A DNA stretch of 64,000 bases from Azolla caroliniana (lineage: Eukaryota; Plantae; Polypodiophyta), in assembly GCA_043228905.1 (NCBI GenBank), contig JBHGNT010000017.1, forward strand, positions 6,262,001 to 6,326,000. Reading direction: 5' to 3'. Numbering within the stretch: the first letter of the stretch is position 1; every line of letters starts with the position of its first letter. Positions 39,155 through 49,898 of the stretch are shown one piece after another. Position numbers and translations under genes: made by a program. Below the pieces are notes generated by a model. The model was given only the letters and a program-made list of their open reading frames with translations, was not told the DNA's origin and made no database searches.

Positions 39155-41940
39155 ACGTGCCGGACCAAAATCTTTCATTGAGAAGGTTTGAGTCAACGCC
39201 TTCTTCAGATTCCCGATTTTGGTTCGGTCCGGTCCGACAATCAGCATGTCATCCACATATAGTTGGAGTATCAGGAAGTCTCCTTCATCCGCAAATACAC
39301 AGTGGTCGGCCAGCGTCTTGTGATATCCTTGGTCAGTGTTGAAGGAGTCAAACTTCTTGTACCAATGCCGGGGAGCTTGCTTCAGTCCATATAAGCTCTT
39401 CTTCAACCGGCATACCAAGTGCTCCTTCCCTTTCTTAACAAATCCTTCCGGTTGTTGCATGTAGATCTCTTCTTCGAGGTGGCTATGTAGGAAAGCTGTC
39501 TTGACATCTAGTTGCTCTACCTCCAGGTTCATGCTTGCCCCTATGCTCAACACAAATCGGAAGGACGCCATCTTGACTATCTAGGCAAAGATCTTATCGA
39601 AATCCACTCCTTTCTTCTGTTGAAACCCCTTCACCACATTGCGAGCCTTATACCTTGGTGGATTTCTGAAGTCTCCCGGTTTTAGCTTGTACACCCACTT
39701 GTTCCAGAGCGCTCTCTTTCCCTTTGGTAGCTCCGTCAGTTCATATGTGTGGCTCTCATGTAGGGAATCCATCTCATCCTGCATGGCACTCAACCACTTG
39801 CGGTCGTGGGTGTCTTCCTTTACTTCTTCGAAGATTTCCGGCTCCCCCTCGTCGGTCAGCAACACATGCTCTGCATCCGGAAATCTATAGGGGGCTCTTC
39901 TCTCCCTGAGAGGATATCTTCTTCCTTGGTTCTCGTCCACCAGTTCCTTCGTCTGTTCTTCATCCAAATCCGATTCGGGGTTTTGTCTGGTTTCGGTGTC
40001 CTGATCTTCTTCTTCTTCGATCGATTCAGTCTCTTGTCCGACTCTAGCCGATTCTTCAAGTGTTATCCGACTTCCGGCCGGATGGGTCCCATCGGTTGAT
40101 CCGGAGTCTGATGTCTTCTTCTTCGACTCCCAGTCGACAATAGTCTTGTCTTCCATGAAGACTATGTCTCGACTCCGGAACACCTTCTTGTCGATCAAGT
40201 CCCACACTCGGTATCCAAACTCATCATTGTCGTATCCAAGGAATAGCATGGTTGCGACATTAGATCCAATTTCACTCTCTTGTCCTTCGCAACATGCACG
40301 TAGGCAACACACCCGAACAACTTCAGATGCTGCTAAGATACGTCTTTACTGGTCCATACTTCTACTTTCCAAGGGCGTTGAGGGTGATCTTTTTATCACA
40401 TAGGTCTCTGTCATCAGTGCCTCAGCCCAAAACCTCTTGGGTAACATAGCATGTGCAAGCATGCTTCAAACTCTCTCCATTATGGTCTGGTTCATCCTTT
40501 TGGCCAGCCCGATCTATTCCGACATCTTCGGCACGGGGAATTCGAGTCGGATTCCCTTCGACCGATGATACTCCTCGAAATGCTCCCTGTATTTTCCTCT
40601 GTTATCCACTCAAACCGCCTTCAGCTTGTGGTCAGCTTCCCTTTCCACTCTCGCATGGAAGTCCTTGAAGACGGATAATACCTGGTCCTTCATCCTCAGC
40701 GGTGAGACCCACAACTTTTGCCTGTGGTCGTTTATGAACGTCACGAAGTACTGTGATCCGGCATGTGACTTCGTGACCACTTGGCATACATCGGTATGCA
40801 CAAGTTCAAGCGGGGTATTCCGTGGCATCAGTGGTCTTGATCGAAAAGAGGTTCGGTTTTGCTTACCGGCTAAGCAATCTGTGCACTTCTCAAGATGCAC
40901 GTCTTTCATCTCGGAATGAGGTTATCTACGGCAGGTCTTCTCATCCCTTTTTGGCTCATGTAACACAACCTCTTGTGCCACAGCTCACTGGCATTTTTGG
41001 ATGCCACATTCACCTCCTCCTGGCAAATCCTGGCATGCATCAGGTATAGAGTGTTGATTTTCCGGGCTCGAGCCACAATCAGGCTCCCGTTGCAAAACTC
41101 TATTCTGGATGCTACCCATGTAGCCTTCATCATCCTGCCGATTGGTTGATATTAGGTTGAACTGAACCTCCGGAATGTGTCAACATCCTTTAACAACGTC
41201 TTCCACCCGGTTGATGTCGTCAATATCTTGCACCCGGTTGATATCGTCAACCCGATTGATAATTTGGCATGCACCTTCCTTTCCCATCCAGACAGAACCG
41301 TGATCTCCGGTCCTGTACGATTAGAAGTACTTCCGGTCGGGGGTGAGATGGAACGACACTATGTAGTCGACCACCCATGTCATCTCGTCGCTGACAAGAT
41401 GCAACTCACTCTCCTCGGTGATTAGTGTTGAGAAGCAAGCTCAACAAAGGTATGTGATGTTAGAAAATCGGCTCTTTCAATTCCTTCACCTCTCGGCCAC
41501 AACCGAGGAAACACGAATCAATGCAGAAGTAAATCAAAACACAGAGAGAGACTCGAATGCACAGGATTTAGCGTGGAAAACCCTAGACGGGAAAAACCAC
41601 GGGAGTGCAAGACTCCAACTATCACTATACGCAGGGAATGTACAATGGCGAGCTGCAAGGCGACGACCTTGAGCTCACTGTCCTCGCCATAGGCGGCAGT
41701 ATTACACAGAGGCGTCGACCTCTTCCTTTCTCTCTCTCTCTCACTCTCTCTCTCGGCTGCTCTCACTTCGCTCCCTCTAAGTGGAAAACAGAAAAATGAG
41801 CAACAACCACAAAACTGTTTGCCCTAAGTCATATTTATACACATATGACTTTCGGGCTATTTACAAGTATAGCCTCGAGGGCCCTTGGCAAACATATTCA
41901 CAAATATGTCCCCGCATCCGGATCTCTCTCCGGGTACATT

Positions 41941-42105
41941 CGTCATCCGGCTCCGTAGCCGGGGTCTTCATCATCCGGATCCGAAACCGGGTCTTCGTCA
42001 TCCGGCTCCGTAGCCGGGGTCTTCATCATCCGGATCCGAAACCGGGTCTTCGTCATCCGGCTCCGTAGCCGGGGTCTTCATCATCCGGTTCCGATACCGG
42101 GTACT
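41941..42105. repeat. 3 x 55-bp CCGG-rich tandem repeat in U3 of LTR G
   Basis: Unit CGTCATCCGGCTCCGTAGCCGGGGTCTTCATCATCCGGATCCGAAACCGGGTCTT starting at 41941, 41996 and 42051. Confidence 0.93.
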
Positions 42106-42172
42106 CCTCATTCGATTCCCGGACATCTGACCATCCCATCCGGAGGGACCGTAATCCCAACAAACTCCCCCT

Positions 42173-43675
42173 TCACTTCGGCATGGGATGTCTTTCCAGT
42201 CCGACCCTCTTCCGGCACGCTTCCAGCTTGTCGGGTGTGAGCACTTTGGTCAGCATATCTGACCCGTTCTCGTCCGTGTGGATCTTCATCAGCACGAACT
42301 CCTGGTCTTCTATCCTTTCCCGGATCCAGTGATATCTTCGTTGGATGTGCTTCATCTGGGAGTGATAGGCCGCATTCTTCGCAAGGTGGATGGCACTCTG
42401 ACTGTCGCAGTAGAGTCGGTACTCCTCCTGCCGGATACCGAGCTCTCTAATGAAGTCCTTCATCCATATTATTTCCTTGCCGGCTTCAACAGCCGCCATG
42501 TACTCCGCCTCCGTGGTTGACAACGCAACCGTTTTCTGCAGCCTCGACTGCCACGAAACAGCTCCCCCTGCATACGTCATCACATACCCTGATGTGGACC
42601 GGTTGGTATCTGCATCAGCCGACATATCCGAATCGGTAAAGCCGTCGAGTTCGGGCTTACCGGAGCCGAATCGGAGGCACACGTTTGCCGTGCCCTTCAG
42701 GTATCGGAGTATCCACTTGGCCGCGTTCCAGTGCTCTTTGCCGGGATTGCTCATCACCACTCCGATTGCATATCCTATGTCCGGTCTTGTACACACCATT
42801 GCGTACATCAAGCTTCCGACGGCAGAGGCATATGGTACTTTCATCATGTCCTCCTTCTCAGCCTTTGTCTTGGGGCTTTGCTTGCTGGACAACCTGCAGT
42901 TTGCCGGGAGGGTTGACCCGACCGGTCTTGCTTCCGACATGTTGAACCGGTGAAGCACCTTTGTCACGTACTTCTCCTGTGACAGCCACAACTGCTTCTT
43001 CTTCCGGTCCCGGATGATGTGCATCCCTAGTATTTGCCTCGCCGGACCCAGGTCCTTCATTGAGAAGGTTCGGTGAAGCGCTTTCTTCAGCATCCGTATC
43101 TTGCCCTGGTCCCGTCCGACGATCAACATGTCGTCCACGTACATGAGGAGTATTAGAAAGTCTCCTCCTTCGAACTTCTTCACAAACACGCAGTGATCGG
43201 ACTGCGTTTTGTGGTACCCTTCGTCGGTCATGAAAGAGTCGAACTTCCGGTACCATTGCCGGGGAGCCTGCTTCAGTCCGTAAAGGCTCTTCTTCAACCG
43301 GCATACCAGGTGCTCCTTCCCTTTCTTCTCGAATCCTTCCGGTTGCTGCATGTAGATCTCTTCTTCGAGGTCACCGTGAAGGAATGCCGTCTTCACGTCC
43401 ATCTGTTCTACCTCGAGGTCCATGCTTGCCGCTATGCTCAGCACCGTCCGGATGGAGGTCATCTTCACTACCGGGGCAAATATCTCGTCGAAGTCGACGC
43501 CCTTCTTCTGCTGGAACCCCTTCACCACGATCCTGGCTTTGTATCTCGGGGGGTTTCCGGCATCTCCCGGTTTCAGCTTGAACACCCACTTGTTTCGAAG
43601 TGCCCGCTTTCCTTTCGGCAACTCCACAAGTTCATATGTGTGGTTCTCATGCAGGGAATCCATCTCCTCCTGCAT
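42173..43675 (-). CDS. copia reverse transcriptase + RNase H, open 500-aa fragment (5'-truncated)
   Basis: RYKARIVVKG, QMDVKTAFLHG, SLYGLKQAPRQW, YVDDML, GFTDSDMS, STTEAEY, KHIQRRYHWIRE. Confidence 0.9.
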   Translation of the reverse strand: MQEEMDSLHENHTYELVELPKGKRALRNKWVFKLKPGDAGNPPRYKARIVVKGFQQKKGVDFDEIFAPVVKMTSIRTVLSIAASMDLEVEQMDVKTAFLHGDLEEEIYMQQPEGFEKKGKEHLVCRLKKSLYGLKQAPRQWYRKFDSFMTDEGYHKTQSDHCVFVKKFEGGDFLILLMYVDDMLIVGRDQGKIRMLKKALHRTFSMKDLGPARQILGMHIIRDRKKKQLWLSQEKYVTKVLHRFNMSEARPVGSTLPANCRLSSKQSPKTKAEKEDMMKVPYASAVGSLMYAMVCTRPDIGYAIGVVMSNPGKEHWNAAKWILRYLKGTANVCLRFGSGKPELDGFTDSDMSADADTNRSTSGYVMTYAGGAVSWQSRLQKTVALSTTEAEYMAAVEAGKEIIWMKDFIRELGIRQEEYRLYCDSQSAIHLAKNAAYHSQMKHIQRRYHWIRERIEDQEFVLMKIHTDENGSDMLTKVLTPDKLEACRKRVGLERHPMPK

Positions 43676-43692
43676 GGCACTTAACCACTTAA

Positions 43693-46600
43693 CTTTCGCA
43701 TCGTTGTATGTTGATGATCTAAACTACTATCATAGACAATCACCCAATCTCCTTCTTCAATCTTCCGTGGTCGTAGTCGGTGCTTTGTGTCGAACCGGCT
43801 TTTATTCCGGAATCGCGCTTCTTGGTGTTCGCGTATTGCTTCCGCTATGTCTTCCGGTCTTCCCTCTAGTTGTCATATCCGGATCGCTAGTAGTTCTTCC
43901 CGGCTCATCTCTTCCTTCCATGGTAGCACTGTCCATGTCACGATCACGGTTTCCGTTGGCATTACCGATGCTTGTTCGGTCATGAGTTCTGCCGGCATGT
44001 AACCGGTTACGGAGCTATGCATCGTCCGATCCGCCCATAGTGCACACGGAAGCATCTGCGGCCAATCCTTCACCCTTCCATCACATGCCTTTGCAAGTGC
44101 TTTGACGATCGGACTATGTCCTCATTCGATCTTCCCGTTGGCTTCTGGATTGTATGCCGTTGTCCGTGTTAACCGAACTCCATGTTTGGCGAAGAATCCC
44201 CTACCTTTGTTAGAGTCAAGTTCGCCCCGATCCGCAATCACTTGTCCTACGCACCCGTACCTGCAAAACACCTCCTCCAAAAGAAACTGGCATACCGCAG
44301 AACACGTTTTCCTTCGTAGTGCTCGACCTTCTACTTGGTTTGTGAGATCTTCCCGAGCTAACACCAAGTACTTCGTTTGTCCGATCCTGGTTGGCATGGC
44401 TACAATATAGATCATCCATTTGAAGTTGATTGTCGGTGAGAATGTTGGATGAAACTCATCTCGGTGTCGAACTCTGGAGTAGATTTGACACTTCTTGCAG
44501 CTTCTTGTGAACTCTGCTATATCTTTGTACATATTCTTCCAGCAATATTTTTGTTTGATTTTCACAAAAGTTGCCCATGTCCCTCGATGTGCAACCCAAT
44601 CAGATTCATGAAACTCGGACATTATCCGATTTCGTTGCTCTTTCATCCCGACTACCCGAAGTGGTATACCATCCGGTCTTTTCGGCTCCTTCCATATTAA
44701 TCCATTTTTCAAGAAGTACTTTTGGACTTGCCTCCAGAGCAAAGTAGTCTTCAAAAACTTCTTCATTATTGGATTCGGCTATGTCGTCTCCGAATTGAGC
44801 CCTTGATAGCATATCCGCTACCGCGTTGTCTTTTCCGGAGATGTGTCGTATGTCCGGGTTAAGCGACTTAACATATGCAATCCATCTTAGCATAGCCACA
44901 TCCGGCATCGTGCAACACCGCATCATCCCGAGTATCGGAAGACAATCCATTTCGATCACTACTTTGGCTCCGATCAAATAATCTCGATCCGGTTTGATTG
45001 CCAACACGACTCCCAATAATTCTCTTTTGACTTGTGCATACCCGCGTTGCCTTTCGTTGAGAACCTTTGCTCCAAATCGGATCGGATATCGCAAACCATT
45101 CGAGTCGGCTTGATTGATGACCCATCCGATTCTGGTTGGACTTGTGTCAACCGTTACTATGATCGGCCGGTCATAGTTCGGCTTCTTTAATGCTTTTGCC
45201 CTCCGTAGTGATTTCTTGAGCTTCTTCACGGCTTTGGTATGCTCCGGTTTCCATTCGAACTTCTTACCCTTCTGAAACAAGCGATAGAGTGGGTTCGCAA
45301 TATGTGCATAGTGCGGAATCCATATGTGATAGAATGCACATGCTCCAAGAAACCTTCGGACTTCGGATTGTGACTCGCATGCTTCTTTCATAGTTTGAAT
45401 CGCTTCGATCTTGGTCGGTGACGGTCTTCGGCCGTAGGGTCCACATAGATGTCCGACTACCAATATTTCTTCTTGCCCGAAGGCTGATTTCTCCCCGGAA
45501 AGTGTTAGGTGCACATCTTCTAACTTTCGAAGCACTTTCTCGCAATCACGAATATGGTTGACTACGAACTGTCCGCATCCCCGATCATCCATACTCTCAT
45601 CTTTTTCTTCCACCACGCATCCTTTTATCGGAATGTCATCTAGGAACGGTATCGTTATCTCAGGAATGCAGTCCTGAAGCACCTTGTTCATTGCATTCAT
45701 CATATGTGCGACCGAGTTTGTTGCGCCTTGTGGTAGTGTGCACATATAGACTAATCCTATCGGTGTCCGCATGGTAGTGATGTCTCAACTCTCCATGGCT
45801 AGTTGGAATTGGTCATATCTAGAGTATAGGTCTCTGATGGAGTATATCGCGCAACTGGCAAATGCTTCCGCAAATTTGTCCACTATCGGACCGACTCCGG
45901 AGTTCCGGATCGTGACCTTGTTCACCGGTTGCAAATCTTGAATAAACCGGAATGACCCATTCTTCTTCGGAACCATAAACCATCGATTTGAGTACAGAGC
46001 GTTTGATGGCTCTAGAATCCCCATCGCCACCTTCTCCTTAAGCAAGTCGATGATTTTGGGAATATGCGCCCGCGGCATCGGAATCGGCTTCAGGTTCCAC
46101 GGCACATGGTCAATCATGAAGATCATCATCGGCTCCACTATCTTTGGGTCAGCGCATCCTCTTTCTTTTGATGTAAATGCAAATGCTCTCCCATGTCGCT
46201 CTAGTATCCCACATAATCGTTCTTCTTCATTCTTTAATAGGAACCCACCTCCACCGATCCAAAGTTTCTTCCGGGTCTCATCCGTGAAGGCATGTCCGAT
46301 ATCCACGGACTTCCGAAGTGTCGGATCCCTCGAGACTTCTTTCCTCTTTTTTTCGCTATCTAGCACTTCAGGCCAAAAAGACACCTTTACTCTTGATGAC
46401 TCTCCGACACATATTCCCGTGGTTGTCGCGTAATTGCTCTTCACCGCTATTTCCTTCTCTAGGACCTTCTTCATGCCGCCTTTTTGGAAGTTCGGTCGGA
46501 GTGGCTTCCGAGAGTCCATCGAATGAATCTGATTTCCCTTGTAGTAGATAAGATCCCGTCGTAGCGCTTCCTTGTGCTCGTCGCAATCCCTCTGATCATG

Positions 46601-48138
46601 TTTGGTGCTATCGCACCATATGCACCGATGGTCCATATACTTGGAACTTGTGGGATGGTCTTTCGTCTTCTTAACCATCGCGATTTTCAGATTCTCCATC
46701 TCCTTCAGCAATTGCTCCACCGTGGTTGTGCCGATTCCCTTCTCGGTCGTAGTCTCCCGAGCCCGTGGTTGATGGTCTTCCGATCCGGATCTCGGTTTCA
46801 GAATCGGTTGTGAAACCCTCTTTTCTTCATTGACAAGCCATTGCCCCCTCTTTGTGTATCGCGCGACGATATCCTGCACGCTTTCCCATGTTTCGGTGAG
46901 GCCACTCTCGGTAGTCGTGTCCTCTAGAAGCACTCCAAGATCCTTCCGGTCCTGGACGTCTACGGCTCGTAAGAACATGATAACTTTGTCCGGTGCGAGG
47001 ATAGCTTGATCTCTCACAGACAACCTCCCGAACCGACTTTCGAATGCCGAAAACACATTGAGGACCTTCATCCCCTTGTCCGGCGTTTCCACCCAATCCT
47101 CAAATCCTCTCCGCGTTGCCTTGGAGGAGTCCTCGATAGCGAACATGTTCTTTAGCGCCTCTTCAAATGCTTCCCACATTGGATTTTGTTGTCATAGCCC
47201 GTGGATACTTGCTTGAAGCCCATCGGTAGCCACCCGGTTGAAGGATGTCACTTGCAGTCCTTCCGAAACCCTGCACCGTAGCATTTCCGCCTTGTAGTCC
47301 TGAAGATAGCGTGATACGTCCTTTCTGTTGAATTTCCCGATCCGTTGCACAAGCCGCTCTACTGCCGCCGCTATCTCCGACATCGCACGTTGTTCTTGAA
47401 GCATCCGCTCGAACATCATCATCATGTTGTTAGCCTTTTGTTGATTTTCCATCTCCTTGCCACCCATGTTCACGTCGGGTTCACCACTTGTGTCGTGCCT
47501 TTTGGCTCCAGATCGTTGCGTGAGTCGGGTGGGAACCACTGAGGTTTTGGACTAGGAGGAGAAGAATATGAGATAGTTTTTGTTACGAATAGATTGCAAG
47601 ATGGAGACGTGAAACTCATGAATCCCACGAGTATAATGTATTAATGGATACTTAGATTGTAAGAGAGAATTAGATGGTAAAATCGTGAATCCCACGAATA
47701 TTTTGTATTAATCAATCCTTAAAAAATCAACAACCCCTATACATCTTTCTCCCTTCCTTATATAGTGTTGGAAGAGTCTAAGTTTATCACATGCAAGCAT
47801 CATGCTTTTTCTAACTTTAGTTTTCATGCACTCTGCATGTGCATGATTAGCTTTCTATCCCATCTTTTCTTTTAACTCGAGTGCGTATGCATGAATAACT
47901 TTTTGTACCATGCATATTTAGATTATTTACATGGAATAAAGTTTAGTATAACTTTACAATTCATAATATGCTAGTATAGTGGTAAGGTTGGGGTTTGTCT
48001 ACTTGGAGGTACAATGTTCGAATCCTGCCTTATGCACGTACTAAATATTTTTAATATTTTATTTTATTTATTATATGTACTTTAAATCGGATATAGTATT
48101 TTACATATTTCACGTAGTGTGTGATTCACACTACGACA
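43693..48138 (-). mobile_element. Ty3/gypsy element H (tRNA-Trp lineage), 3'-truncated and internally deleted
   Basis: 5' LTR 47491-48138; PBS 47469-47486; gag with CIWCDSTKHDQRDC knuckle; RT (LPQGATNS, PFLDD); RH (VDTS); integrase (HRGTWAT, CKKC, YNPEANGKIE); no protease motif. Confidence 0.93.
47469..47486 (-). promoter_or_regulatory. Primer-binding site, tRNA-Trp(CCA)
   Basis: Plus strand TTCACGTCGGGTTCACCA equals the 18-nt 3' end of plant cytosolic tRNA-Trp as recalled; 4 nt from the LTR. Confidence 0.85.
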
Positions 48139-48990
48139 CCGCCAACACCACATGAACCGTCGTCATCTTCGCTACCGGAGCGAAGGTCTCATCGTAGTCG
48201 ATTCCATGGGTCTGCGCATTTCCCTTCGCCACTAACCGGGCCTTGTACCGGTTAACTGAACCGTCAGCATTGTACTTTATCTTGTACACCCACTTACATC
48301 CGATCGGTTTATAGTGTCGGGGAGGGTCAACTAGGTCCCATGTGTCGTTGGCATCAAGTGCCCGCATTTCTTCCTCCAAAGCGGCACGCCAATTTGCATC
48401 CTTTTACGCTTTTGCGTAGCTCTCCGGCTCCGGCTCATGCACTTCCGCCACCTTAGTCATGTACGCATAGTGATGCGCCATGTGCTCATTGTACCCGTAC
48501 CGCTTCACGGGGTTCCTCTGGCAGGAAGATCGGCGTAACTTATAGTTACCCGGTTTGAGGCCCTTCTTGGCCGGTTCGGTCTGTGTAGCCGAAGATCCGC
48601 CTTCTTCTTTTTCGGAGTCGGATCTGTAGAGAAATCGTTGAAGAATTTAAATCACAATGAACAAACAATGCTGATAATACGAATCACACCAGGATGCGAG
48701 AAAGACAAGTTCAACAGTGGTGCACAGAGATTTATGTGGAAACCCTAAAACGGGGAAAACCACAGGAACAAAGCTTCACTAAGTATAGTGGATATACAAT
48801 ACCGAATGTTACAACACTCTCTCGAGTGGACCAACCACGTAGGGCTCTTCGCGTCTGTTGTTACTCACACAACTATGGCGCGGCTCACGCTTCTCTCTCT
48901 CACGCTCTCTTGTGTTTTACAACTTCTTCTGTTCCTACACCCACTATCTTCTATTCATCATCACATTAACTTGAAGTTTGCCCTAGTTAC

Positions 48991-49684
48991 TGTTGGGAGA
49001 CAGGTCCCTCCGGATGGGAAGGGAGAAGAACAGTGCTGATGAACAAACTCGGCCGAATCCGGATGAGGAGTACCCGGCTACGGAGAGCCGGATGGTGCAG
49101 ACCCGATGAAGACCAGATGAGGAGTACCCGGCTACGGAGAGTCGGATGGTGCAGACCCGGTGAAGACCGAATGAGGAGTACCCGGCTACGGAGAGCCGGA
49201 TGGTGCAGACCCGGTGAGGAATGCTCACCGGATGAAGAGACATATTCGTAAATATGTTTCTGAGAGTCCATCGAGGCTATATTTGTAAATAGCCGAAAAG
49301 TCATATTAGTATAAATATGACTTAGGGCAAACTTCTAGTAACAGTTGTTGTCATTCTTGTTGGTGCAAGGAGTGAGAGAGCACGTAACTGTGTACAGAGA
49401 GAGAGAGAGAAAGAGGTTGTTGCCTCTGTTGTAACCGCCGCCTGTGGCGAAGACCGTGAGCACGAGGTCGTTGCCTCTGTGAACTCACTGTTGTACATTC
49501 TAACATAGTGATAGTTTGCAGCCTGTGGGCTGCCGTGGTTTTTTACCTAGTTTGGGGTTTTCCACGTAAACATCCCGCGTACTCTTCTCTTCTTCGTGTC
49601 GTGTTTTCTTTCCCGCTTTCTGTGTATGATCCTACGCTCGGTTGTGGCCGAGCGTTGTGCAAAAGGAGCCTTGAGTTCTCGTCA
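48991..49684 (+). mobile_element. copia solo LTR K inside the 3' LTR of J, with 3 x 54-bp repeat (~49062-49225)
   Basis: TGTTGGGA...CGTCA; perfect TSD GTTAC; shares motifs with LTRs of E and G. Confidence 0.93.
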
Positions 49685-49898
49685 GTTACATATATACTTT
49701 CTGGCTATTTACATACCTAGCCCTCATGGGGCGCTCATTCAGACTATTTACAAATATAGTCTCCCGAGTTGGCTATATACACGATTCCGGTTTCCTGAGT
49801 CCCTCATCAACTCGGCTCCTATTTTTCAATTGTCGTCCTTTCCGAACAGTCGGATCTTCCTCCCACTGGAGGGACAAATTCCCAAAAAAACTCCCCCT

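Larger units (their letters stand above)
35551..41425 (-). mobile_element. Ty1/copia element E, 5'-truncated; carries a LINE and two solo LTRs
   Basis: 3' LTR 35551-36903 (outer end deleted), PPT at 36904-36913, RH/RT/INT/PR fragments (LDVKTAFLH, YVDDML, CTDCLAGKQ, WVVDY). Confidence 0.9.
41426..43692 (-). mobile_element. Ty1/copia element G, 3' half only (3' LTR 41426-42162)
   Basis: TGTTGAG...CCCAACA LTR, PPT, open RT-RH frame; abrupt junction to gypsy integrase at ~43692. Confidence 0.92.
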
